From Camelus ferus (lineage: Eukaryota), in the NCBI RefSeq assembly GCF_009834535.1, contig NC_045696.1:88972001-89036000 (forward strand): a stretch of DNA of 64,000 nucleotides. Reading direction: 5' to 3'. Within the stretch, counting starts at the first letter, position 1, and the number at the start of each line of letters is the position of its first letter. Under the pieces are notes generated by a model. The model made no database searches. It was not told the DNA's origin and saw nothing but the letters and a program-made list of their open reading frames with translations. The position numbers were made by a program, and so were the translations under genes. Positions 51,680 through 64,000 of the stretch are shown piece after piece.

Positions 51680-52560
51680 CCGTGCCGGCTTGGCTCCAGG
51701 TAAAAAAAAAAATAGTCCTACCAATCTGTTTTTTAAGAACTCATCGGCCTCCACCAGGCCCCGCCTCTCCCGGGGCCCCTGGCGCCTTCCCGCTGCCACA
51801 CGCGGAACTGCAGGCCAGGAGCACCGCGGCCAGAAGAACCCCGACACGCCGAGGCGCCTCCTGCGGCGCGCCTCGGGAGCTCCCGGGCGGCAGCCCGCGC
51901 CTAGTGCGCAGGCGCAGAAAGCTCTCCACGGCCCTCGCGCCAAGCCTCGCGATCACGCCCCCGCCTCGGCCGCAGCTGTCAGCAGTTTACTTTCGAACCT
52001 CGGCCCCGCGCTCTTTCCCATTGGCGGATGCCACGCAGTTGAAGGTTGCCGGGAGACTGCGCCTGCGTCTTGAGGCTTCGAAGCCCCGCCTGCTCTCGGC
52101 ACCTGAAGGCCCTCAGGGCTGAGGAGGGCGGAGACGCCGAACAGTTCTCAGCACCCGGGCGGAGGCCGCAGAGCTCTCCCTCTGCCGGTGGTGTTACCCC
52201 GTTTCGCCGTCCCCTCTGTGAGTCTAAGGAACATCTCTTCTGGTCCGAGAAGGCGGCTGTGGCCCCTCATCTTTCCCTGTGGCGCAGGCTGGTATAGTGC
52301 ATGTGTCTGGAGGAGAGTCGAGGCGCTTGATGTTGGAAAGGGCTGGCTTGGGTTCCGCGTCTCTTCCCTCCTGTCCCAGGTGGAGAGTTTGGGGAACCTC
52401 GGCTTCCTCCCTCCAATAGGGAACTTCTTTTCCTTGAGGAAGGAAGGCCCTCCTTAGTGGTGAGGCTGAGAGGGGCGGGATTCCGAGGAGCTGGGCGTCC
52501 TCGCTGGGGTTGGGAGCGGGGGACGCCAAGGCGCACTGGGAGATGCCCGGGAGGGTTTGT
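51680..52560 (+). promoter_or_regulatory. TRIM59: TRIM59 CpG-island promoter and probable non-coding exon 1
   Basis: CpG-dense; NRF1-like TGCGCAGGCGCA 51905-51916, inverted CCAAT (ATTGG) 52020-52024, GC boxes; candidate donor TCT|GTGAGT at 52217/52218. Confidence 0.85.
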
Positions 52561-53173
52561 CATAAATCTTCGGGAAGGGGAAGGGGACTGCTGTTTTGAG
52601 CTCCTTCTTTGTGAGAGGTTATCGTTACTTTAGCAGGGTTAGGTGTAATTATGCCCATTTTACAGATGTGAAGCCTCAGTTCTGAGACACATTTAGGTAA
52701 AACTGACCCAGGGTGTCTCAGAATTTAAGTGGCAGAACTGAGAGACAGACAGACATATGGATGGGAATAACCTAAATCAATATTTATAATTTTAAGCTGG
52801 CAAAATCTTTCACTCACATGGATGTTTCTTGTCTTCCACTTAACTTTCAGCAGTCTGAAACGACCATGAATGTTTGCTCCGTCTTTGCCATTGTTGACTC
52901 ATATTTTCAAGAGCTCGTAAGATACTTGACTCTGTAAAAAGAGGTCCTTTGTGACAGTTTATTTGGTCACAGAATTGTTGGGATTTTCATAGTACAGGTG
53001 ATACCTCTCCTGCGGCTTCACAGCTGTTGATATTTGTAACGCTTCTTTTCTAAAAACACGAGGCTTAGGGAAGGTAAACAGCAGGCTGAAAAAACCATTC
53101 TCTGCGATACCGCACTTAACATTTTTTGAGAATGTAAATCTAGAACATTAAGATAAAATTATTTTAATTTTAG

Positions 53174-53251
53174 AATAAGAATAAAAGAATCTGTAAAGTT
53201 GGAGAAGATAAAAGTATATTCAAGTCTCCAAACCAGAAAGTCAACAAAGCG
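53174..53251 (+). other. TRIM59: Probable TRIM59 5' UTR exon 2
   Basis: ttttaatttttag-type acceptor and strong GCG|GTAAGT donor around a purine-rich 78-nt segment with no ATG; exact acceptor uncertain. Confidence 0.55.
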
Positions 53252-55262
53252 GTAAGTTATGGGCGATTAAGTGAATACCAAAGAAATTTTCAGTAAATTT
53301 TTACTGAGTGAATGATTTAAATTGTAAGGTGAAAATTTTAAATCTTGAAAAAAGACATAGATGTCTGTGATGTATAAAATTCAGACCATATAGACGGAGC
53401 ATAAAGTGAAAAGTAAACAACTCCCTTATCTGACCTATACCTTAAAGTTAGTCACTGTTAACTCTCTGTGTACCCTCTACAAATTTTACAACGATGTGTG
53501 CATCTTAATATAGACACACACATTTAACACATAGAGATCTGCAAGTTGAATTTATTACTTATCTGGATACCTTTTTGCCATGCATGTCCATATTGGTCTT
53601 CATTCCTCTTTTATGAGCAAGTAGCTATCCTTTAAAGTGAGGTACCATAATTTAACTAGTCTGGCAAGGTGAAATTTTGATTTTAGGTTATGATAGTTTT
53701 AACATTGCTTTTCTGCAGACACATTGAATTTTTTCCAACCAAATATATAGTTCCACTTTGAAAAGTATAAAAAAGCAAAAAAAAAACCCTTAACTTCTCA
53801 TTTCTGTTCCTGCTTAAGTGGCATTCAGTTTTTTAGTTTGTGTAAACAGTTTGACATCAAAATGCAGGGAAACAGTCCAAATGGGCAGAGTTAAAATCAG
53901 ATCTGACCATAGGATTTTTTTTTTTTTTAATTTGAAAGCATTATGGTGATCCTTTATTATTTTTGTATATTTACATGTACAAAAGTTTTTTAAAAATCTT
54001 ACCTTTAGATGTAGATGGTACAGTTGTAGTGTTTGTAAAGTAAGTCTTGAATTGCATACAGTGTGCTTTTTATCAGTTAGGGCCCCTGCGATGTGAGCCC
54101 CAGCCTGGGTGGTGACACCTCTTGAATTTTCCCAGACTTAGCTGACTCACACTATGAGTCCTAGAGCAAGCCAGCTAACTCTATAATGTGGCAAATTTTT
54201 CTTCAGAGGTTGTAAAATGTAATGAATGTTTTATAACCATTCATGCTTAGAGATGAAAGGCACTAGTGCATTAGGAAACTAAAACTTAATAGTTTACACA
54301 GAATAGTGATATTTTTGGTATTGCTTGATTCTCCATCATCTACTTGTAGTGCTGACCATCCATAATATGCTGGTTAGACATTGTGGAGGCTTCAAAGGAA
54401 ATTAGCCCTCTGGAGAAAGACTGCATAAAAAGTTTAGAAATTCACTAGTGTGTTTGTTTTTGACATTTAAACACAAGAAATTTGTGAAATAATTTACAAG
54501 CAGATGATTTAGCTTCAGGTTTATTTCTGAAGAGATTTCTTTTTATATTCATATTTCTTGGTGACTTTTAAAAGGGAAGCAGGAAATCTTGAACTGAGTT
54601 ATCAGTATGTACTTGGGCTTTTAGTACTCACTGGAGGAAGATAACATTTTATATGGGTTATTTTAAGTTTTTGCTTTTTAAAAGTATACGATAATACAAA
54701 CTGATTCTAAAAGTAATTTGGCAGGGAAAGGGGTAATTGGCAAGACACATTTTTAAAGTTTTTAAAATATACATAAAATTTACCATTTTAACCATTTTTA
54801 AGTGTATAGTTCAGTGGCATTAAGTACATTTCATATTAAATATGTTCCACCATCTATCTCCAGAACTTTTTCATCTTCCCATACTGAAACTGTGACTGAC
54901 TAAACAGTAACTCTCCAACCCTCTGCCCTCTAGCTCTGGGCAGCCACCATTTCACTGTCTGTGTGGACTGTGCTTATTGGTTTTTATATTATGTGCATTT
55001 TTCACATCTAATGTGATAGTGCAGTTTTCTCCATTGACCTGATTGAGTAATTTTCTGTTATTGAATTAACTTTACATTTCTGGGAAGAACCTTATTTGGT
55101 CCTGTACTGTATTCTTTTAATGTGTTCAGGGTTGATTTATTGCTAATACTGTGTTTAGGATTTTACATCAGTAATCATTTTTGAAATTGGTCTGTTTTTA
55201 GTTTGTGTTGTCAGGTTTTGGAATGGTATTATACTATCTTCAAAACAATTTGCAGGGAGAAA

Positions 55263-55410
55263 GGGAGGGTATAGCTCAGTGCTAGAGCGCATGCCCAGCA
55301 TGCATGAGGGTCCTGGGTTCAATCCCCAGTACCTCCATTTGAAAAAAAAAAGCTAAAAATAAATAAACCTAATTACTCCCCCGCCAAAAAAAGAAAAGAA
55401 AAATTAAAAG
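55263..55410 (+). mobile_element. Vic-1-like tRNA-derived SINE
   Basis: gggagggtatagctcagtgctagagcgcatgcc...gggttcaatccccagtacctcc plus A-rich tail. Confidence 0.9.
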
Positions 55411-55762
55411 AAAATGGTGAAGTTTCCATCTTGTGTTCTGGAGCAGTTGAACAAGAAATTGTTTCTTTACCACTTGAATTGACTCACTAGAGAAGCTTGC
55501 CCCCCCCCCCCCCTTTTTCCAGAGTAGCACTTTTCCAACTTGTGAATTTCTCTCAGGGTTTGCTTTATCTTTTCCAGGCAGTTTTGGTATTTGAACTGAC
55601 ACAGAATAATTTCTTGTAGATTTTCGAATAAAGTAACATAGAATTATGTAAGTTATTCTCTATCATTCTGGCTTTTTCTATGTTTGGTTTATTTCCTTTT
55701 TTTAATGCTAACTTGGTACATTTGTTGTTTCTTCCTTTCCCCCCTTGTTTGAGATAGTATAG

Positions 55763-56260
55763 TAGTCTATTGCTGCATAACTATCCCAAATCTTAGCAGC
55801 CTGAAGCAACAAAAATTCAGTTTCTTTGGGTCAGAAACCTAGGAGCAACTTAGCTGACTGCCTCCGGCCCATCGTCTCTCGTGAGGTTGCAGTCATTCCA
55901 GGATTTTACTGGAACTGAGATATCTTCTTCCAAGCTTACTATGTAGTTGTTTGAGGCTTCAGTTTCTTGGAGGATGTTAAATTAGAGGCCTTAGTTTCTT
56001 GCCACACCAGTGGACCTTGATCTCCTTACAACATGGCATCTTGCTTCCCTCAGTGAGAGTGATCTAAGAGAGGTGAAGAGAGAGTCAGAGCCATGGCCTT
56101 TTATTACAAAATCTTGGATGTGATAGCCTGTCACTTCTGCTGTATTCTGTTAGAAGCAAGTTACTGGGTCCAGCCCACACTCAGGAGAAGATTACAAAAG
56201 GATGTGACCACCAGGAGGTGGAGGTCATTGGGGGCCATCTTGGAAGCTGCCTATCACAGA
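55763..56260 (-). mobile_element. MaLR (MLT1-type) LTR
   Basis: tattgctgcataact...cttagcagcctgaagcaac...ggtcagaaacctaggagcaacttagctg...ggggccatcttggaagctgcctatcaca. Confidence 0.78.
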
Positions 56261-57385
56261 TAGCTAATGGCTTGTTTACTTATTTAAAGAGCCAGCTCTT
56301 GGATCTGTCAAGTCTAACAATTTTCTCTTTTCATATTCGTCATTTCTTCTAATTTTCCTAGATTGGTCCCCCCCTCCATTTTTTTTAAAGATGAATCCTT
56401 TCTATATTACTTTTTTTGTTTTGTAATGAAGGTATTTGGCTTCAACTCTGCCCTATAGAACTTTTTTTTAAACCCTGTAGATTTTGCTAAGAGTATTTAT
56501 ATTATTTCACATGAATAAATTGCATCTTGGCTGGGTAGGGAATTCTTTGGTCATATACTTTTCCTTCTAGACCCTTGTGAACATTGATTGCTACATTGTC
56601 TTTTAGCATTCCTTTTTGCTTTGGAGATGTTCTCGTTATCTACAGCTGTGTAAAAACCATCTGAAGGTTTGGATGGCTGCATGTCCAAGATGACTTTTTC
56701 AGTAATGTGTCTGGCACCTCATTGCTTCTCCACTTGGTCTCTCTTGCTGCAAGGTAGCTTAGACTTTTTATATAGTGAAGAGGCAGCAATCTGCCAGGCT
56801 AGCTAAGGTCTATACCCAGAACTGTCACTTGTACTATATACTGTTGGTCAGAGCAGTTATATATCCTGCCCAGATCTTTTTAAGAGGAGAATAGATTTCA
56901 TCTCTTGATGGGGGAGTATGCAAAGTCACATCACAAACGAGCATATGTGGGAGCTAACTGTTGTGGCCATTTTTGGAAATCATAGTCTCCCAAGAGAATT
57001 TTGAGACCATTATGTTTTTGTTTTCTTTTTAGGCATCTTACTTTTCTGCCTTGATGCATATGGGATTGTCTTTATTTCTTTAAATTTTTAATAGTATGAT
57101 AATAGTTGAAAGTAAGACAGCAGAATTAGGTTTATAATGAGAAACAGCAGCCTCCTCCCCTCACTCTCCCCACTTTTGATTCTTGCTCTCCAGAAGCAGT
57201 CACTTCCATTTCTTTTTAACTATTTCTTTTGGTATTGCTTCTCTATTTCTAAATAATTTGTCTTTAATGTGGTTTCTTGATTTTTTCACTTCTAGATATG
57301 TACTGACTTCTTGTAAGATTAGTTCTTAAACACTGTGAAACCTTCCCTTATTCCCTCCTCCTCCCTCCTCTCAATATAATTTTGT

Positions 57386-57780
57386 CATTTTCTTAGTTTG
57401 GGCTGTTACAACAAAAATACCATGACTTAAAAAAAAAAAAAGATACTGTAGACTAGGTGGCTTACACAACAAACATTTATTTCTTGCAGTTTTGGAGGCT
57501 GGGAATTCCAAGATCAGGATGTTGGCATGGTTGGGTTCTGGCAAAAGCTGTTCCTGGTTTGCAGATGGCCATCTTCCTGCTGTGTCTTCACATGGCAGAT
57601 AGTAGAGAAAGACAGGGAGCAAGCCCTGTATCTCTCCTTGAAAGGGCACTAATCTCTTTCAAGAGTGCTCCAATCTCATGGCCTCATTACCTCCCAAAAG
57701 CTGTACCTCCTAATACCATTGCATTAAGGGTTAGGATTTCAACATACGAATTTTGAGGAGACACAAACATTCAATCCATA
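57386..57780 (-). mobile_element. MaLR (MLT1A-type) LTR
   Basis: cttagtttgggctgttacaacaaaaatacc...gttttggaggctgggaattccaagatcagg...ttaggatttcaacatacgaattttgaggagacacaaacattcaatccata. Confidence 0.88.
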
Positions 57781-60346
57781 AAAGTCATACTTTTTGGTAA
57801 AATCATTACTTAATATTTATGACTAATAAGACAACTGAACAGTATCATGTACTATATAGTATTTTCTCTTTACATGATTCTGTCACTTTTCTCTAAATTT
57901 ATTTTCTTGTTACCTCTCAATATGTTAAGACACATGAAATATTGTCAGTTCTTTTTATTTACTTAGACATTCCTTCTGGATTTCTCTCTTCTTCCTCCAA
58001 GTTATCCTCTACACTTGCTGCACAAACATTCAGGACTTCATTTCACAGTTATCCTGGTGAGAATTCTTACGTTTTTTCCCTCCCTGCAGGAGTTTCTTTA
58101 GAAAGAGTGGGTGAGGGGTGGTTCATTTTTGAGACTTTTCATGTCAAACTACTTTAGTCTACCTTCAAAACTTACTTACTTTCTCTGGGTGTATAATTTC
58201 CCTATTTTCCTGAGAATATTGAAGAATTGCTTGTCTTTTAGTTTCCAGTATTATTGTTACACACACACAGAGTACCTAAATTAAAGATACTCATCCCAGA
58301 AAATGTTCATAGGAAACATTTTTTTGCTCCTTTCCCGCCTGCTCAAGAGTCTAGGCTGGTTATGGAAAATGTTGCATAAAATTTCTTACTAGTTTCTAGA
58401 AGAACAACACCCCTAAGCAAGATAGCCACCTGTTTTCTGTGTCTTGGGCAGCAACCAGAGTCAGAAAGTTCCTGGCCTTACAAGTTATTTTCAACCCAGG
58501 CTTACTTCTGTTAGCCATTTCTCACTTCTCATGAATTTGTTGCCTAAAACCAGTTTTTAATAAATCATCTGGAAGAAGGTAGTCTGAGAACAGATTTGAT
58601 TAATGTACTTCAAATTATCTACATATTTCTGATAAAATTTTATTAACTTTTACATGCTATGGAAGTAACTTTTGAGACCATATTTGCTTCCATTTTATGT
58701 AAATTCAAGAGATACTCTTTTTACAATAAAGTTGAGCTTTTGGGGGTCCTTAAATGGGTTCCCAGGGAAAATGTTGTTTTCTAATTTTTTGATAAATATA
58801 GGACTTTGGAGGGAAAGGTTGGATTCTGTTTTAGGGCCAATTTTTGGTACTTAAGCATTAAATAGCTTTAATATTAAATCTAAATTGAATGTACACTGCT
58901 CAAATTTTATTCCTTCCTTGCAAAGTGCTGTTCTGTTTATTCCTTCATTATGAATTCTGACATCACTGAAATAAACTGAGAAAATGTTTGTTTTTCTTGT
59001 GTGGTTTTCCTATGATTTCAGAGCTCTGTTAGGTATAGTTGTAGTCATAAAGATTTCTCAACATGTAGGCACTTGAATTTATTTGCAGTGAATGTCATCT
59101 TCTGTACTGTTGCCCAATTACTTTTGTTTCCTGGAATGCTTCACAGTTCAAGCTTCTTGGTCTCTGCCACATCTTGGCTCATTAGGGTTATTAATATTGT
59201 CAATCTGAATGGAATATTTTCCGATGGACTCTTGATAGAACTTTTCCTGAGCAAAGATTTTACAAAACTAAGATTTGACATTTTATTAACATTGGTCTCT
59301 TAAGGGATAGTGTTTATTCAGCCAATATGGAGTGAATGCCTATTGTGTGTCAAGTTCTGCACTCAGACACAATTCCTGCCCTTATTGCAGGCTTATATTC
59401 TAATATATAGAAAAATGTTACAAAATTCTTTTAAGTAAAATTCAGCTAAGTGCTAGAAAGTAGAAGTGCAGTGTGCTCAGTGAGATTAACAGAGGACCTA
59501 ATCTGGGGAGGAGGTGGGAATCAAGTTGAGACTTGAATGAATAAGAGTTTGCTTTTGCAAATGGTGAAGGTAAGGCACACAGACCTAAGTCTAAAGAGGT
59601 TTTTATGTTTATTAAAAGTACAGTTATTTGTAGATGTTGTTTTCTCAAACTTTTAAAAGTTAGTTTTTATAGAGGAGGATTTGGTAAGCTTTATATTTTA
59701 CATGAATGGCACTTGGGTTTTGTCTTGCTTTTTATGGTTCTTCAAACAGTGGTACAATTTGATTTTTCTGTATCAGAGCAAAGTAAGTTTTGAGGGATTG
59801 TGGCTTGCAGTGAGGATTAGGTATAAAGGAAGACTGTGAGGTGGTAGGATGAAAAAACGTCAGGCTTCTGTTGTTGGAAATGTCAATAATGGCTTGCGGA
59901 GAGGTTGTTATTTGTGTCAGAGGGGGTCTCAGAACTGTTGGTGGATTTCTTTCATGAGGAAAGATGACTAATGGTGTTCTTTACCACTAATGCTCTAGTG
60001 GTCAGTAATTCATAGTTACCACAATCAACACTTCCATCTTTCAAGCTTTTTTTGTTGCAAGAACTCAGAAATGTTTTTCCCTTCTAATTCTTTAAATTAG
60101 TATTGCTTCACAATATTATACTATGCTGATCCAGTGCTTTAAGCAGACATACTAGTATTCCATTCAAGAAGCTAAGAAATTTATGAAACAGTTAGAAGTT
60201 TAGTCACTTATTTTAGAAACTATCATTGAGCCACCTGGGAGTATGAATTGAAGAATGTAATTTTGCTAGGAATTAACTTGTTATTTCATATGTGCATGTG
60301 TCCTTGTTATTTGTAGACTTAAAGTACCTTTTTCTCTTGACAGGAA

Positions 60347-61558
60347 ATGCACAATTTTGAGGATGAGTTAACATGTCCCATTTGTTACAGTATTTTTGAA
60401 GATCCTCGTGTACTACCATGCTCTCATACATTTTGTAGAAATTGCTTGGAAAACGTTCTACAGGCATCTGGCAACTTTTATATATGGAGACCTTTACGAA
60501 TTCCTCTTAAGTGCCCTAACTGCAGAAGTATTATTGAAATTGCTCCAACTGGTATTGAATCTTTACCTGTTAATTTTGCATTAAGGGCTATTATTGAAAA
60601 GTACCAGCAAGAAGACCATCCGGATATTGTCACCTGCCCTGAGCATTACAGGCAGCCATTAAATGTTTACTGTCTACTGGATAAAAAATTAGTTTGTGGT
60701 CACTGCCTTACCATAGGTCAACATCTTGGCCATCCTATAGATGATCTTCAGAGCGCCTATATGAAAGAAAGGGACACACCTCAAAAACTGGTTGAACAGT
60801 TAACAGACACACACTGGACAGATCTTACTCGTCTTATTGAAAAGCTGGAAGAACAAAAATCTCATTCGGAGAAAATGGTCCAAGGTGATAAGGAAGTTGT
60901 TCTCCAGTATTTTAAGGAGCTTAGTGATACATTAGAACAGAAAAAAAAATGTTTCCTAACTGCTCTTTGTGATGTTGGCAATCTGATTAATCAAGAATAT
61001 ACTCCACAAATTGAAAGAATGAAAGAAATGAGAGAGCAGCAGCTTGAATTAATGACATTGACAACATCTTTACAAGAAGAGTCTCCACTTAAATTTCTTG
61101 AAAAAGTTGATGATGTCCGCCAGCGTGTGCAGATCTTGAAACAAAGACCACTTCCTGAGGTCCAACCTGTTGAAATTTATCCCCGAGTAAGCCAAGTATT
61201 GAAAGAAGATTGGAGCAGAACAGAAATTGGACAAATTAAGAAACTTCTCATTCCTGAAATGAAAATTTCTTCAAAAAGGATGCCATGTTCCTGGCCTGAT
61301 AAAGATAAAAAAGAAGTTGAATTTTTTAAGATTCTAAACATTGTTATAGTTACACTAATTTCAGTGATACTGATGCTGATCCTCTTTTCTAACCATCACA
61401 TAATAACTTTTTTAAATGAAATCACTTCAGTATGTTTTTCTGAAGTCTCTCTATCTGTTTACCAAAGTTTATCTAACAATCTGCATGATTTAAAGAATAT
61501 ACTGTGTCACACTTTATATTTACTGAAGGAATTCATGTGGAAAATAATTTCTCGTTGA
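60347..61558 (+). CDS. TRIM59: TRIM59, RING/B-box/coiled-coil E3 ligase with C-terminal transmembrane segment (403 aa, single coding exon)
   Basis: Intact ORF MHNFEDELTCPICYSIFEDPRVLPCSHTFCRNC (RING), CPEH...C...CGHC (B-box), coiled coil, hydrophobic ILNIVIVTLISVILMLILF; acceptor cttgacag 3 nt before the ATG; synteny with KPNA4. Confidence 0.98.
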   Translation: MHNFEDELTCPICYSIFEDPRVLPCSHTFCRNCLENVLQASGNFYIWRPLRIPLKCPNCRSIIEIAPTGIESLPVNFALRAIIEKYQQEDHPDIVTCPEHYRQPLNVYCLLDKKLVCGHCLTIGQHLGHPIDDLQSAYMKERDTPQKLVEQLTDTHWTDLTRLIEKLEEQKSHSEKMVQGDKEVVLQYFKELSDTLEQKKKCFLTALCDVGNLINQEYTPQIERMKEMREQQLELMTLTTSLQEESPLKFLEKVDDVRQRVQILKQRPLPEVQPVEIYPRVSQVLKEDWSRTEIGQIKKLLIPEMKISSKRMPCSWPDKDKKEVEFFKILNIVIVTLISVILMLILFSNHHIITFLNEITSVCFSEVSLSVYQSLSNNLHDLKNILCHTLYLLKEFMWKIISR

Positions 61559-63473
61559 AAATTCAAGTCTGAATTATTTAAATAGGCTTATTCTATACAG
61601 CAGAGACTAACAACCACAGTTAAACGGAGGAATGGGGTAGCATGGATAAATAAAATAGCAAGCTAAACATTATTAGAGTTGTAACAAATATAGAAATGTT
61701 AAACCTTTTATGCTTCTGTTGAATAGAAAGTGTCATCAAAAGTTAGAAATGAGACAGAATGTCTGGTTTTCTGAAAACCAGAATAAAATCTGGTAATTAC
61801 TTGATTTGAGTATTAATACATTATCCCACTTTTACTGGTTTGAGAGGTTGACAATATCACTGTGATATTTAAACATTCTTGTACTAATACTCTTTTAGCA
61901 TTATATACTGCAGTGGTTGGCTTTGCACTTCTGTGTATATGTAGCTTTTAATTAAAAAGTGAAATCCTGAAAGGTGTAAGCCTTTATTTTGATGTGGCTT
62001 GACACTTGAATGGGCAAATAAGGATGGTGAGAAGAGGTTTTAAATTCAAGCAGCAAAATCTCAAAGTGATAGGGGTTGCTTATGTTAAAAATGTCTTTGA
62101 TCAGATGTACCTGATCCACACATTAATGTGTTTTAGGTAAACTTAAGAGCCTTAAAATGTTTATCAACATTCATTCCTAATTAAATTATTGCTTTTGGAA
62201 ATCCAAAGTGTTGTTAGGGACCAAACAGTAACATTTTCTAACCCTTGTTATTCTGTGGTTTGTGTTAATTTATTTTAGGATTGTATTCGACTTTTGTGCA
62301 GTCTTCAGTCTTGTCAGTCAAATCAGTTCTTGGATAAAAACTCTGAAACATGGTACTAGAACAGATATTACTGATATATTCCACCCTTATCAGACTGACG
62401 GCATCATGTTCTGCATGTCTTTAAAATTGTCTTAAATTTTCTGTCAAACTTTCTCTTACTCTAATGCCAAAGTATCAATAATCTTACGTTCTTGAATTTT
62501 GGTATAAAGGGAGCCTACTTTAAGTCAAATCCCTTTGATTTAGTTCCCTTTTTATTAACAGGGACTGGAGTTGTGGTGCTTTGTGGTAGGACTTTTTGCC
62601 TCTCTGTCCATACAACCCTAAGTGCAAGCTCATTTGCTTTCCAGAAATTCCAAATTAGCTGTTGTTCTTAGATCACATCTGCAGTTCAGACTTCCCAGGT
62701 CGGATTAGGGAATGCTCCTGCTCCTATAGATAACATGGCTGTAATCAGGACACCAGTTCTAAAATATTCCTAATGTCTTATCTGCTGAGAACAAATCTGA
62801 GTAAGAAGATGCTTGGCTGTATTGTCAACTTATGATCAGAATCAGAATAGCATGATTAACTGTTGTGTGGGCAAAGAACATTTGGAGGGTATAATGGAGG
62901 TATTCAGCTACACACTCACTGTAGACTGAAGTTGCACTGATTTAAGTACTAGTCACAACATAAATGCCATGTACGTTTTGGAATACATGTGTAAGTATTA
63001 GTAAGCACTGAAATGTGCCAAACATTTAATCTCACATTTGTGAAGTAGGTATTAACCCTTGCTTTTTGTAGATGAGGAGACAGACACTAAAGTGCTTGCT
63101 CAAAGCCATATATCTAGTATATGAAAGACCCAATGTATTCTTTAGAGTTCATCTGTCGTGCTACCTTTAAAGGATTTAAGCCAAGATTTTTATTAAATTA
63201 GAGTTTCTAATCTATGTCTAAGAACTACACTAAAAATTGAAGTGTTTTAGGTTTGACATTAATATTTTGTAACTTGCCAGTTTTTAGTAGACAAAAGTTT
63301 ATTTTTGGATACTTTCTATGTAGTGTGCATGAATACAGTCAAGGATACAAATAACTGATTCTTATAAATGCTGTTCTCTTTTGTATTTTTACCAGGAGGA
63401 TGAGATTGTAAAATTTAAAGTATATAATCTTGAAATATTTCTCAGGTTTATGTATAACAAAAGTATGTATTTT

Positions 63474-63498
63474 AATAAACTCATTTTGGTATTTTATT
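63474..63498. terminator. Closely spaced opposing poly(A) signals (candidate TRIM59 end on +, convergent gene on -)
   Basis: AATAAA on + at 63474-63479 and AATAAA on - (TTTATT) at 63493-63498. Confidence 0.4.
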
Positions 63499-64000
63499 TG
63501 CATTGAGTGGCTTAATATAAGGTGCTCAAACTCAGGAGCAGTTGGTTGCTTTGGAATTTTCATATTGGCTATGGGCTATTATCTGTAACTCTTAAAGTTA
63601 ATACTAAGCTCTTCTACTCCATTGGTTATTAAAATATATTAATTCCATTCACCTCTGCGCTCACCAATATAAAAACGCTTGATTATATTATACTTCCCCC
63701 TGTTACTTTTCCCTTGTATAATCTTGATTTAAAACAACTAACCATGCTTGAGTTTTAGATCTTGTTTTATTTAAGTCCATGGTAATGTATTTACATTTTT
63801 AATAGCTATGTTATGATACAAACTGTCTTTGTTGGAGCTTTTAGTACTTTTAAACGATGGTGCACTGAATAAGGAGATAACTCTTAAATTCCTCAGGATC
63901 AGTATCTAGAAATTGAATAGCTAAGGCAAAGACTTTTGATTCAATACCAAAATTTCTTCTGAAAACCAAGTGGCTGCCAACTTATTTCCAGGAGCATTAT

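Noticed and set aside
51662..52563. Overlapping Arg/Pro/Gly-rich ORFs on both strands
   Set aside because: Expected from stop-codon scarcity in a CpG island; no recognisable domain.

Overview
Mammalian genomic DNA, most likely camelid (six Vic-1-like tRNA-derived SINEs). The window holds the last seven coding exons and 3' UTR of KPNA4 (+ strand, importin alpha-3), with the intronic C/D scaRNA SCARNA7 (U1 A70 guide). It also holds TRIM59 (+ strand): CpG-island promoter, probable non-coding 5' exons and a single-exon 403-aa CDS. The ~36 kb between the genes is rich in L1, L2, MaLR/ERVL LTR and Tigger fossils. The most interesting signal is on the minus strand of that interval, where manual translation reveals what look like two decayed multi-exon protein-coding genes. 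(A) ~36.5-47.1 kb, possibly to 50.4 kb: motifs resemble a ZU5/UPA protein ending in two or three death-domain-like repeats. (B) ~31.0-35.8 kb: starts in an orphan CpG island, has mostly phase-compatible exons, and one exon is split by an MLT2 LTR. Both calls are by eye and need HMM/synteny tests. A ~218-bp locally templated inverted insertion flanked by a 12-bp duplication lies at 47.8-48.6 kb. Repeat boundaries are approximate.
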